From NCBI GenBank assembly GCA_029240015.1, contig JARBTU010000001.1, positions 1 to 29,211 on the forward strand: DNA of 29,211 bases. Direction: 5' to 3'. Below, one piece after another: positions 1-9,635 of the stretch (its first letter is position 1; each line of letters begins with the position of its first letter). The notes below the pieces were generated by a model, which was not told the DNA's origin, made no database searches, and was given only the letters and a program-made list of their open reading frames with translations. The position numbers and the translations under genes were made by a program. This stretch comes from Oscillospiraceae bacterium. GTDB lineage: Bacteria; Bacillota; Clostridia; Oscillospirales; Ruminococcaceae.

Positions 1-331
1 TCACCTGCTCATTCCGCTCCCCTTTGCCAATCATTGCGCAAAGTCCCATGTCCAATAGTTTTGGAGTAAACGGATCCATCCTCCCCGATGTTGTCGGTCC
101 GCATGAACCGATTGCAAGCCCCTCCGGTGTTCCCGTAGGACCGGCATAATAAATTACTGCTCCGTCCGGCTCAAAGGGCAATGATTCTCCCCTGTCCATC
201 TGCTCAAAAAAGCGCTTGTGTGCCGCATCCCGCGCTGTGTATACCGTTCCTGTCAAAAAGACCCTGTCAAATACTCTGAGTTTTTTTGCGAACTCTTTTA
301 AATCGCAGGTATTTATCTCATATGTAGCTAT
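1..331 (-). CDS. Fe-S hydro-lyase, class I fumarate hydratase / tartrate dehydratase beta subunit (5' part; runs off window start)
   Basis: Not in the ORF track. Manual translation from 331 gives (I/M)ATYEINTCDLKEFAKKLRVFDRVFLTGTVYTARDAAHKRFF...IYYAGP...GSCGPTTSGRMDPFTPKLLDMGLCAMIGKGER. TARDAAH, GPTTSGRMD and MIGKG are family motifs. The apparent start is ATA, directly after an in-frame TGA. Confidence 0.92.
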   Translation of the reverse strand, partial: MATYEINTCDLKEFAKKLRVFDRVFLTGTVYTARDAAHKRFFEQMDRGESLPFEPDGAVIYYAGPTGTPEGLAIGSCGPTTSGRMDPFTPKLLDMGLCAMIGKGERNEQV

Positions 332-344
332 TCAAACCACTTCC

Positions 345-480
345 TAAGTTTATCAAAAATCCCATTCATCGTTGTCTCAGCAGAAAGTTTTTCCTTTGCG
401 TTATCGGGTTCGCCGCTCACGCTTCGCTTTGAAACTTGCGGCTTAACGAAAAAATTCCTGGTTTGCAGTATTCATAGGCT
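345..480. repeat. Putative palindromic interspersed element (REP/MITE-like) at the 3' end of the DivIVA-like gene
   Basis: Nested imperfect inverted repeats: 381-393 CAGAAAGTTTTTC vs reverse complement of 448-460 CAGGAATTTTTTC (11/13); CGTTA 399-403 vs TAACG 444-448; GCCGC 412-416 vs GCGGC 438-442. Repetitiveness and exact ends cannot be shown from this window. Confidence 0.4.
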
Positions 481-1234
481 CCTGCTCTATCTTTGGCTTT
501 ATCACGCTGTCAACTATATTCTTCTTATACTCTTCAATTTCCTGTTTGGAAGCAATAACGGTTTTTTCAATGTCTTCTATTTGGATTTGAAGCTTTTGAG
601 TGGACGAGGAAACACCTTTTTTAATATCAGAAAGCTCTTGCTCCAAATTTGTTAGCTGATACCCCAGCATTTGAACTGCATTGTCGGCATCCCTTGTCAT
701 ATCTTTTGCTCGTTTTTTGGCACGATCCAGAATTTCCTCCGCCTCTGATTTAGCATTTGAAACGATTCCGTCTGCCACATGTTTGGATTCAAGCAACATG
801 TCGCTCAACTCCACGTTGAACTGGTCGTATTTTTTATTTTTAATTTCAAGTGCTTCCGCCCTAAACTGAAACTGGCGGTTTTGCTCTTTCAAAGAGTTCA
901 TCTCACGGGTTTTGACATCAATATCCACATGGGCAGACTCCAGTTTGAACTTTAAGGACTCAATTTCTTTTTTAAGCTCATCAAAATCTGATAAAAACTT
1001 TTCGTTTTCCTGTTGTTTTAGCAACAGTTCTTCCGCCAACGTTTTGTTGTCATTTTTAGTGCCTTGAATCTCTTGGCCGAGTTCTTCACTTTTCTTCTTT
1101 AAATTATCTATCTCTAAAACTAATTCCTGTTCCGATGCATGGTGCTCCTGTGTCATTTCGTCAATATAAGCCAAGACGTCTTTCCTTTTAAATCCGCCAA
1201 ACAGACTTTTTTTAAAATTTCCGCTATGTTCCAT
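443..1234 (-). CDS. DivIVA-like domain coiled-coil protein
   Basis: N-terminal FKKSLFGGFKRKDVLAYIDE resembles the DivIVA-domain signature, followed by a long heptad-rich coiled coil. GGAG RBS upstream of the ATG. Confidence 0.75.
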   Translation of the reverse strand: MEHSGNFKKSLFGGFKRKDVLAYIDEMTQEHHASEQELVLEIDNLKKKSEELGQEIQGTKNDNKTLAEELLLKQQENEKFLSDFDELKKEIESLKFKLESAHVDIDVKTREMNSLKEQNRQFQFRAEALEIKNKKYDQFNVELSDMLLESKHVADGIVSNAKSEAEEILDRAKKRAKDMTRDADNAVQMLGYQLTNLEQELSDIKKGVSSSTQKLQIQIEDIEKTVIASKQEIEEYKKNIVDSVIKPKIEQEPMNTANQEFFR

Positions 1235-1278
1235 ATTGACATCTCCATTCCGATCAAACTAAACTTTTTCTATTCTTT

Positions 1279-1308
1279 AGTATAGCATTATTATATAATT
1301 TTTGGCAA
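1279..1308 (-). promoter_or_regulatory. sigma-A-type promoter for the DivIVA-like gene
   Basis: TTGCCA-N18-TATACT with extended TGn on the minus strand. Confidence 0.55.
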
Positions 1309-1372
1309 CATCTTTTTATAAATAACAATTTCTGATATAATGGCTAAAAGAATAATCAACACGGAGGTCACA

Positions 1373-2014
1373 ATGAATAACACAAAACTTGTTGTTTTCG
1401 ACTTGGACGGAACGCTCAACAAAACAGATCTTTTCTCCGTCCCCGCGCATCAGAAAGCACTGTTGGAATTTGGAATAACGGACAAATCAGAACAATTTAT
1501 TATGGATACTTTCGGGAGCAGAGCGGAGGACTATGTTCCTTTGCTGTTCTCCAACCCGGACATTGACTCTACAAAATCAAGGTCATATCTTGATAAGGTC
1601 GCGGCTTATGAAAAAGACTTTATCAAACAAAAAGGCAAGCCTTTTGACGGCGTAGTATCAAGTCTTGAGTGCCTAAAACAAGACGGATTTTTGCTTGCCG
1701 TCTGTTCCAATGCATCCGAAAGATATATTCGGCTTTGCCTTGAATCACTGGATTTGATCCGGTTTATTGATGCCATTCAGCCGCTTTTGTCTAATATGAC
1801 AAAAGTGGATACGCTTAAGCTCCTGTTGTCTAAAGTACAGCCTCAGCATGCTGTCATGGTTGGTGACCGGATCTTTGATTGGGAAGCGGCAAAGGGCAAC
1901 AACATTCCATTTATCGGCTGTATGTACGGCTATAATCCCGAAGAAATAAAAAATGCGGAGTATACGGTCGAGTCGGCTTTTCAACTTTATGAAAAAATAG
2001 TATCCGTCCTATAA
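1373..2014 (+). CDS. HAD-superfamily hydrolase (phosphoglycolate phosphatase-like)
   Basis: Motif I VVFDLDGTL, motif II VCSN, motif IV MVGDRIFD. Start moved to ATG 1373 because GGAGG sits at 1363-1367 and TATAAT (1336-1341) overlaps the ORF-track start. Confidence 0.88.
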   Translation: MNNTKLVVFDLDGTLNKTDLFSVPAHQKALLEFGITDKSEQFIMDTFGSRAEDYVPLLFSNPDIDSTKSRSYLDKVAAYEKDFIKQKGKPFDGVVSSLECLKQDGFLLAVCSNASERYIRLCLESLDLIRFIDAIQPLLSNMTKVDTLKLLLSKVQPQHAVMVGDRIFDWEAAKGNNIPFIGCMYGYNPEEIKNAEYTVESAFQLYEKIVSVL

Positions 2015-2017
2015 CGC

Positions 2018-2052
2018 AAAAAAGCTGTTGTTTTAAAAACAACAGCTTTTTT
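2018..2052. terminator. Bidirectional intrinsic terminator between the HAD gene and rpsR
   Basis: AAAAAAGCTGTTGTTTT-AAAAACAACAGCTTTTTT inverted repeat with A/T tails between convergent genes. Confidence 0.85.
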
Positions 2053-2067
2053 GTATAAAAATATTAA

Positions 2068-2307
2068 TTATTCACTAACATATGACATTAACGCGATGTG
2101 ACGAGCACGTTTAATCGCAACTGTCAACTGGCGTTGATGACGGGCACAAGTACCTGTAACACGTCTTGGAACTATTTTTGATCTTTCTGACATGAATCTT
2201 CTAAGCTTTGCTACATCTTTATAATTGATGCTTTCCACTTTGTCGACACAAAAAGAGCAAACTTTTTTACGTGTTCTTTTTCCACGAGCTCTATTGTCCA
2301 TTGCCAT
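2068..2307 (-). CDS. rpsR: 30S ribosomal protein S18 (Zn-binding C+ form)
   Basis: KKVCSFC...[33 protein letters not shown]...IKRAR; located in the rpsF-ssb-rpsR operon. Confidence 0.98.
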   Translation of the reverse strand: MAMDNRARGKRTRKKVCSFCVDKVESINYKDVAKLRRFMSERSKIVPRRVTGTCARHQRQLTVAIKRARHIALMSYVSE

Positions 2308-2333
2308 GCGGATTTCCTCCTTACAAATTTAGG

Positions 2334-2789
2334 TTAAAATGGCAGTTCGCCATCATCGGTATCAACTTCTTCAAATTCTCCGAAATCTCCGATCGAAAAG
2401 CTCGACCCTTTTGGAGGCTCTTCAAACGCCGGAGCGGAAAATGGAGAGTCTGACTGATTCGCGCCGCTTCCTTTGCTCTCTGCAAAATGCACCTGATCGG
2501 CAACAATTTCAACCGCTTTTCTTTTATTCCCGTTTTTATCTTCATAAGTTCTGGTTTGAATCGACCCTTCCACAGCCATAAGCTGTCCTTTGCGGAAATA
2601 TTTTCCCACAAAATCGGCCGTCTGACGCCAAGCAACCACGTCAATAAAGTCGGTCTGACGCTCCCCTCCCTTAGTGGTAAAGGTGCGGTTAACCGCAAGG
2701 CTAAAAGAAACAACGGATACGTTGTTCGGGGTGTGTTTCAGTTCTGGGTCAGCAGTAATTCTGCCCATTAAAATTGCTTTGTTTAGCAT
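2334..2789 (-). CDS. ssb: Single-stranded DNA-binding protein
   Basis: MLNKAILMGRITADPELKHT OB-fold start; acidic C-terminal tail DDGELPF. Confidence 0.98.
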   Translation of the reverse strand: MLNKAILMGRITADPELKHTPNNVSVVSFSLAVNRTFTTKGGERQTDFIDVVAWRQTADFVGKYFRKGQLMAVEGSIQTRTYEDKNGNKRKAVEIVADQVHFAESKGSGANQSDSPFSAPAFEEPPKGSSFSIGDFGEFEEVDTDDGELPF

Positions 2790-2803
2790 TTTTCAACACC
2801 GCC

Positions 2804-3100
2804 TTAGTTTTCTCTTGTAACGATCAAAGAACGAAGTATTCCGTCTGTAATTTTATACACACGGTCAAGCTCAGCAGGGAAATCAGGAGCAGATGTAAAG
2901 TTAAACAAAACATAGTAGCCTTCTGTTTCGTCGTTAATCAAATAAGCCAGTCTACGTTTGCCCCACTCATCAACAGATTCAAGTGTACCGTTTTTTGAAA
3001 TCATGTCACTAAACTTTTCGATAGATGATTTGATTCCTTCTTCACCTAATTTTGTACTTAATATAAGCACAGACTCGTATTTTTCTGATATTTTCGCCAT
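2804..3100 (-). CDS. rpsF: 30S ribosomal protein S6
   Basis: KYESVLIL...VDEWGKRRLAYLINDETEGYY...ELDRVYKITDGILRSLIV. Start at ATG 3100 with AAGGAGGT RBS; the ORF-track extension to 3154 is leader RNA. Confidence 0.97.
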   Translation of the reverse strand: MAKISEKYESVLILSTKLGEEGIKSSIEKFSDMISKNGTLESVDEWGKRRLAYLINDETEGYYVLFNFTSAPDFPAELDRVYKITDGILRSLIVTREN

Positions 3101-3104
3101 TTTA

Positions 3105-3165
3105 AAGCACCTCCTTTTGGACTTTGGCCCTATCTCTTGTTTCGGATAGAGCAAGGAATGACATT
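3105..3165 (-). promoter_or_regulatory. S6:S18 ribosomal protein autoregulatory leader RNA (putative)
   Basis: Minus strand reads TTCCTT-GCTCTATC-loop-GATAGGGC-CAAAGTCCAA-AAGGAGG. The outer CCTT/AAGG stem sequesters the SD, an inner hairpin follows, and the internal loop contains CC. It lies between the promoter and rpsF. Confidence 0.7.
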
Positions 3166-3168
3166 CCG

Positions 3169-3197
3169 ATTATATCAGTAACCCTGTTTTTTGTCAA
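3169..3197 (-). promoter_or_regulatory. sigma-A promoter of rpsF-ssb-rpsR
   Basis: Perfect TTGACA-N17-TATAAT with TGn extension. Confidence 0.9.
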
Positions 3198-3204
3198 TAC
3201 AAAG

Positions 3205-4074
3205 TTACAGGGTCTTTGCGAGGTTCTTAATATATTCTTTTAATCCATCTCCGATATCTTTGTGAGTAATCCCCACTTCGATTGCCGCTTTCATGATGCC
3301 GAGCTTATTGCCCATATCATATCTTGTTCCGTCAAAATCCACTCCGATAATTCCCTCAGTGTGAGCAAGCTCTTTCATAGCATCTGTAAGCTGTATCTCT
3401 CCACCTGCACCTGTTGGTGTGTTCTCAAGAATTGCAAAGATTTTGGACGGCAAAACGCAACGTCCCAATATTGAAAATAATGACATAATCTCTTCCGGTT
3501 TCGGTTTTTCAATCATGTCTGAAATTTTATATAAGTTGTTTTTCAGATGTTCCACTTTCATGGAAGAATATTTTTGAATATCCTCTTTGCTGACTTCTTT
3601 GATTCCTACTGTTCCAAGCCCATATTGCTCATAAGCGGAACAAAGCTGCCTGCAAGTTGGGTTTTCTCCAAGAATCACATCGTCCCCATACAACACCGCG
3701 AAAGGCTCGTCCCCTACAAAAGAACGTGCACACATAATTGCATGGCCCAATCCTTTTGTTTCCTTTTGCCTCACATAAGTGATGTTGGCAAGTTCGGCTA
3801 TCTTCCTTAAATCATTGTATGCTTCAATTTTCCCTGATTTCAGAAGACGTTCTTCGAGTTCAGGTGAACGGTCAAAGTGGTCTTCAACAATCGCTTTTCC
3901 CCTGCTCGTTATAACGAGAATGTCTTCTATTCCGCTTTTAACAGCCTCTTCAACAATATATTGTATAGCTGGTTTATCTACAATAGGAATCATTTCTTTC
4001 GGCATCGCTTTTGAGGCAGGGAGCACTCTTGTCCCCAATCCGGCTGCGGGTATCACCGCTTTTTTTATTTTCAT
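3205..4074 (-). CDS. galU: UTP--glucose-1-phosphate uridylyltransferase
   Basis: KKAVIPAAGLGTRVLPASKAMPKEMIPIVDKP, KGLGHAI, GAGGEIQLTDA, RYDMGNKLG. Confidence 0.97.
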   Translation of the reverse strand: MKIKKAVIPAAGLGTRVLPASKAMPKEMIPIVDKPAIQYIVEEAVKSGIEDILVITSRGKAIVEDHFDRSPELEERLLKSGKIEAYNDLRKIAELANITYVRQKETKGLGHAIMCARSFVGDEPFAVLYGDDVILGENPTCRQLCSAYEQYGLGTVGIKEVSKEDIQKYSSMKVEHLKNNLYKISDMIEKPKPEEIMSLFSILGRCVLPSKIFAILENTPTGAGGEIQLTDAMKELAHTEGIIGVDFDGTRYDMGNKLGIMKAAIEVGITHKDIGDGLKEYIKNLAKTL

Positions 4075-4101
4075 TAAAAATCATTCTCCTTGTCCTATGT
4101 T

Positions 4102-5061
4102 CTATATTAATGTAAAGAAATACAAAACAAATCCCAACACCATCGACATCATGAAATATACTGAAGCAGCAATTAAAACACCAACCTTGGAAACGGATCC
4201 GTATTTAATAAGCATTTCATTATATCGCGGAGTGTCTCCGTACTCTTTCTTAATCTTTCTGATTTTGTTGAAAACATGGTTCATATACCACTTATTTGTA
4301 TAAAGTCCTAAAGTAACTCTTAATGCGAATGACAGGAACGAAAGAAAGAAAAGCCCCGTTTGTGTCGCGACCGAAGTATCGGTCACAGACAAGGATCTCA
4401 CGGTATAAATTAAATTGGGAGCCATGAGCACCATAGAAATGATAAAAGCGACGACCGCAAAGCCCCACATTTTTCTGTATATAAAATAAAAATAGCTCAA
4501 AAAAACGGATGCCCAGTTCCATGTGTTTTTGTTGTTTGTCTTCATTTCTTTAAATTTGGGAATGAAATAATGTGTATTCTCTCCCAGGAATATCGCGAGT
4601 TCTTTGACCGAAATTCCGTCAATTTCTTCGTCCGGACTGAGCCCTCCAAACGGAGTAGTAAACGGATTATACGGAATAAAATGAATGTTGGGAGGGATGT
4701 TATTAGGGTTATTCATGTTTTGATTGATGCCAAACGGCTGCTGCCCGCTCGGGTTATTGTCTTGACCATTTTTAATAAGCGGCGTGCCGCAAACTTCACA
4801 AAACAAGCTTTCATATTTATTCAGTGTGCCGCACCTTGAGCATCGAAGCTGCTCCTGTGCTGTATTAAACTCCGGTCTTTTAGGCTCTGGTTTCTTCCAT
4901 ACAAACCCTTGACTGTGTTTATCTTCAAAGACGCAGTGGTCTTCTTTTATGATACATTCTCTATGATATGGTGCACCGCAATCCGGGCAGACGACCACAT
5001 CATCTTTTTGCTGCAGTTCTTTTTCACAAATAGGACACTTTACTCCGTCAAATTTATTCAT
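4102..5061 (-). CDS. Prokaryotic RING-finger (Prok-RING_1-like) + zinc ribbon + DUF2628-like membrane protein
   Basis: CPIC-x-CPDCGAPYHREC...C RING-like pattern, a second CSRC...CEVC ribbon, an N/P/Q-rich linker, then WNWASVFLSYFYFIYRKMW with about 3-4 hydrophobic helices. Confidence 0.75.
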   Translation of the reverse strand: MNKFDGVKCPICEKELQQKDDVVVCPDCGAPYHRECIIKEDHCVFEDKHSQGFVWKKPEPKRPEFNTAQEQLRCSRCGTLNKYESLFCEVCGTPLIKNGQDNNPSGQQPFGINQNMNNPNNIPPNIHFIPYNPFTTPFGGLSPDEEIDGISVKELAIFLGENTHYFIPKFKEMKTNNKNTWNWASVFLSYFYFIYRKMWGFAVVAFIISMVLMAPNLIYTVRSLSVTDTSVATQTGLFFLSFLSFALRVTLGLYTNKWYMNHVFNKIRKIKKEYGDTPRYNEMLIKYGSVSKVGVLIAASVYFMMSMVLGFVLYFFTLI

Positions 5062-5115
5062 TAAGTACCCTCACTTAAAAATTTAATTGTATACAATAAT
5101 TTACTTTTGTTATTT

Positions 5116-5147
5116 AGTATACCATTAATATATGTATAATTCAATTG
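5116..5147 (-). promoter_or_regulatory. Probable sigma-A promoter for the RING gene-galU unit
   Basis: TTGAAT-N17-TATACT with TGn on the minus strand. Confidence 0.55.
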
Positions 5148-5198
5148 CATATTTTATTCAAATGTAAACAAAATATATCTATAAATCACGGGATAAAC

Positions 5199-5227
5199 TT
5201 TACAACCATCTTCATTTATTTTATAAT
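5199..5227 (+). promoter_or_regulatory. sigma-A promoter of prfB
   Basis: TTTACA-N17-TATAAT. Confidence 0.7.
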
Positions 5228-5271
5228 AGTTATCAATGTGTTGGAAAGCACAAAACGGAGGGTATTATTTA

Positions 5272-6381
5272 ATGATTGAATTTGAACAGATGAAACTGGA
5301 TATGGAAACTTTGGCGCCTCAGCTGAAAGATCTTGAAGCTGCGCTGGCTTTAGATAAAGCGAAAGACGAAATCAAGTCGCTTGAAAAGCTATCTATGGAG
5401 CCAAATTTCTGGGATGATATGCAGAACTCCCAAAAGATACTTAAAAAAACAAGTGATCTAAAAAGCATCGTCTCAAAATTTGAAAAACTCTTGAACGATT
5501 ATAATGATTTGTTAACACTTATTGATATCGCCATGGAAGAGAACGACGAAAGCCTACTTGACGAGGTAAAAGAAGGAGCAAAATCTGTTTCCGCCGAGCT
5601 GGAAGCACAAAAACTTTCCACCCTCTTGTCAGGTGAATATGACAGCAAAAATGCTATTTTGACTTTCCATTCGGGTGCAGGCGGAACAGAGGCGCAGGAT
5701 TGGGTGGAGATGCTTTACAGGATGTATACCAGATGGTCCGAGCGCCACGGCTTTAAAGTCAAAGTTTTAAACTATCTTGACGGAGATGAAGCGGGAATTA
5801 AAAGCGCCTCTATCCTCATTGAAGGATTTAATGCATATGGCTTTTTAAAATCGGAAACGGGGGTTCATAGGCTTGTCCGAATTTCTCCTTTTGACTCATC
5901 GGGAAGACGGCACACGTCATTTGCTTCATTGGAGGTCATGCCTGAAATTGATGATGATGTGGCAATAGATATTAAGGATGACGACTTGAAAGTCGACACC
6001 TACCGTGCAGGAGGTGCAGGAGGACAGCACGTGAACAAGACTGAATCCGCCATACGCATTACCCATCTCCCTACAGGCGTCGTTGTCGCGTGTCAAAATG
6101 AAAGAAGCCAACACCAAAACCGCGATGTAGCGATGAAAATGCTCAAATCAAAGCTTGTAGAAATCAAAGAGCGGGAACATCTTGAAAAAATCGAGGATAT
6201 TAAAGGCGAACAAAAAGACATTGCATGGGGATCGCAAATCCGTTCCTATGTCTTTATGCCATATACACTTGCCAAAGACCACAGAACCAATTTTGAGATG
6301 GGGAATATCGGCGCTGTTATGGACGGAGATTTAGACGGTTTTATTAATGCCTATCTGTCTTATATTCGGAACAAAAATTAA
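5272..6381 (+). CDS. prfB: Peptide chain release factor 2 (single uninterrupted frame)
   Basis: SPF anticodon-mimic tripeptide (RISPFD), GGQ motif (GAGGQHVN), WGSQIRSY. ATG 5272 follows GGAGG at 5257-5261. Confidence 0.97.
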   Translation: MIEFEQMKLDMETLAPQLKDLEAALALDKAKDEIKSLEKLSMEPNFWDDMQNSQKILKKTSDLKSIVSKFEKLLNDYNDLLTLIDIAMEENDESLLDEVKEGAKSVSAELEAQKLSTLLSGEYDSKNAILTFHSGAGGTEAQDWVEMLYRMYTRWSERHGFKVKVLNYLDGDEAGIKSASILIEGFNAYGFLKSETGVHRLVRISPFDSSGRRHTSFASLEVMPEIDDDVAIDIKDDDLKVDTYRAGGAGGQHVNKTESAIRITHLPTGVVVACQNERSQHQNRDVAMKMLKSKLVEIKEREHLEKIEDIKGEQKDIAWGSQIRSYVFMPYTLAKDHRTNFEMGNIGAVMDGDLDGFINAYLSYIRNKN

Positions 6382-6390
6382 TATAAACTA

Positions 6391-6426
6391 AAAAGTGATA
6401 TTTCGCTAATACGAAATATCACTTTT
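6391..6426. terminator. Bidirectional terminator between prfB and dnaJ
   Basis: 15-bp perfect stem AAAAGTGATATTTCG-ctaata-CGAAATATCACTTTT between convergent genes. Confidence 0.85.
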
Positions 6427-6431
6427 ATTTT

Positions 6432-7583
6432 TCATTTATCAAAAGCATCTTTGAGTTTATCGAAAAAGCCTTTTCTTTTTTCATAATGCTTTTCGCTAAG
6501 CTCGTCATCCAACTGCTTGAGAATGTCTTTGTGAACTTTAGACAGATTTTTCGGAACTTCTATTGTCACCTCGACATACTGGTCTCCGCGGGATTTAGAG
6601 TTAATCTGTTGAACGCCTTTTCCCTTCAATCTGAAAACCGTGTTCGGCTGTGTTCCTTCTGCAAGATCATACTTCACCTTTCCGTCAATAGTCGGAACGG
6701 TGATTTCATCGCCCAAGGCGGCTTGGGTATAAGTGATCGGGATTTCCACCCAAATATCATATCCTCTGCGCTTAAAGATTGGGTCTGGACGAACTGTAAC
6801 TGTGATATTAAGGTCTCCCTTTGGTCCGCCGTTAACACCACTGTCGCCTTTTCCCCGAACAGAAAGTGTCTGCCCGTCGTCAATACCTGCTGGAATTTCC
6901 ACCTCAAGCTTTTGAGTAGAGCGGATTCTTCCCGAACCGGAACATTTGTTACAAGGATCGTTAATAATTTTACCTTTTCCCGAACAACGGGAGCAAGGCT
7001 TTGTGGATGTCATTGCGCCGAAAGGTGTCCTCTGCTGCACTCGAATCTGCCCCGAGCCACCACAATCAGGGCAAGTCTGTGGCGAGGTTCCTTTTTTTGC
7101 TCCGTTTCCTCCGCATTCACTGCAGTGCTCCATAGAAGAAACCGAAACGTCTTTCTTAACCCCTTTGCAAGCTTCCATAAATTCGAGCACGACCGTAGTT
7201 CTAAGGTCATCTCCTCTTCGCGGCGCATTTGGGTTCGCCCTTCTGGAACTTCCGCCGAAACCGCCGCCAAAAAAGCCTTCAAAAATATCGCCTATATCCC
7301 CAAAGTCAAAGCCGTTAAAGCCACCGAAACCACCCGCTCCCGCTCCTGCGGAAGGGTCTACTCCTGCGTGACCAAACTGGTCATATCTTGAACGTTTCTC
7401 GCTGTCCGACAACACTTCATAAGCCTCAGAAGCTTCTTTAAACTTTGCTTCTGCGGTTTTATCGTCGGGATTAAGGTCAGGGTGATGTTCTTTCGCCTTT
7501 TTTCGGTAGGCCTTTTTTATATCATCTTCACTGCAGCCTTTTTGAAGCCCCAGTACTTCATAATAGTCTCTCTTATCTGCCAA
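6432..7583 (-). CDS. dnaJ: Chaperone DnaJ
   Basis: J-domain with HPD, G/F-rich region and four CxxCxGxG repeats. TTG start. Confidence 0.98.
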   Translation of the reverse strand: MADKRDYYEVLGLQKGCSEDDIKKAYRKKAKEHHPDLNPDDKTAEAKFKEASEAYEVLSDSEKRSRYDQFGHAGVDPSAGAGAGGFGGFNGFDFGDIGDIFEGFFGGGFGGSSRRANPNAPRRGDDLRTTVVLEFMEACKGVKKDVSVSSMEHCSECGGNGAKKGTSPQTCPDCGGSGQIRVQQRTPFGAMTSTKPCSRCSGKGKIINDPCNKCSGSGRIRSTQKLEVEIPAGIDDGQTLSVRGKGDSGVNGGPKGDLNITVTVRPDPIFKRRGYDIWVEIPITYTQAALGDEITVPTIDGKVKYDLAEGTQPNTVFRLKGKGVQQINSKSRGDQYVEVTIEVPKNLSKVHKDILKQLDDELSEKHYEKRKGFFDKLKDAFDK

Positions 7584-7675
7584 AATCAGTTAACCACCTT
7601 CAGGCTTTGTAGAAACACAAAGCAAAATATATGTATTTGCGATAAAGTAAAAGCACAAAAACATCATCTTAATCT

Positions 7676-7712
7676 AATCTAAGGCCTTGGGAAAATTCCA
7701 AAGCCTTAGATT
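7676..7712 (-). terminator. Stem-loop between dnaK and dnaJ (partial terminator or mRNA-stabilising hairpin)
   Basis: AATCTAAGGC(T/C)TTGG...CCAA(G/A)GCCTTAGATT stem just after the dnaK stop, with no clear U-tract. Confidence 0.55.
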
Positions 7713-7727
7713 CTATATTATGCTTGA

Positions 7728-9569
<1,842 letters not shown>

Positions 9570-9635
9570 TTAATTCCTCCAATAAAAATATAATTCTATG
9601 TTCATTTAATTTTTTGGCTTTTTAAAATAATTCTT

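Noticed and set aside
2321-2998. Alternative-frame and antisense ORFs over ssb/rpsF
   Set aside because: They fully overlap well-supported genes and contain no recognisable domains.
3779-4303. 174-aa plus-strand ORF over the galU/RING junction
   Set aside because: Antisense to two supported genes; its composition mirrors their codons.
6486-7391. 301-aa plus-strand ORF antisense to dnaJ, plus other nested ORFs there
   Set aside because: Shadow ORF of a conserved gene; no motifs, RBS or promoter.
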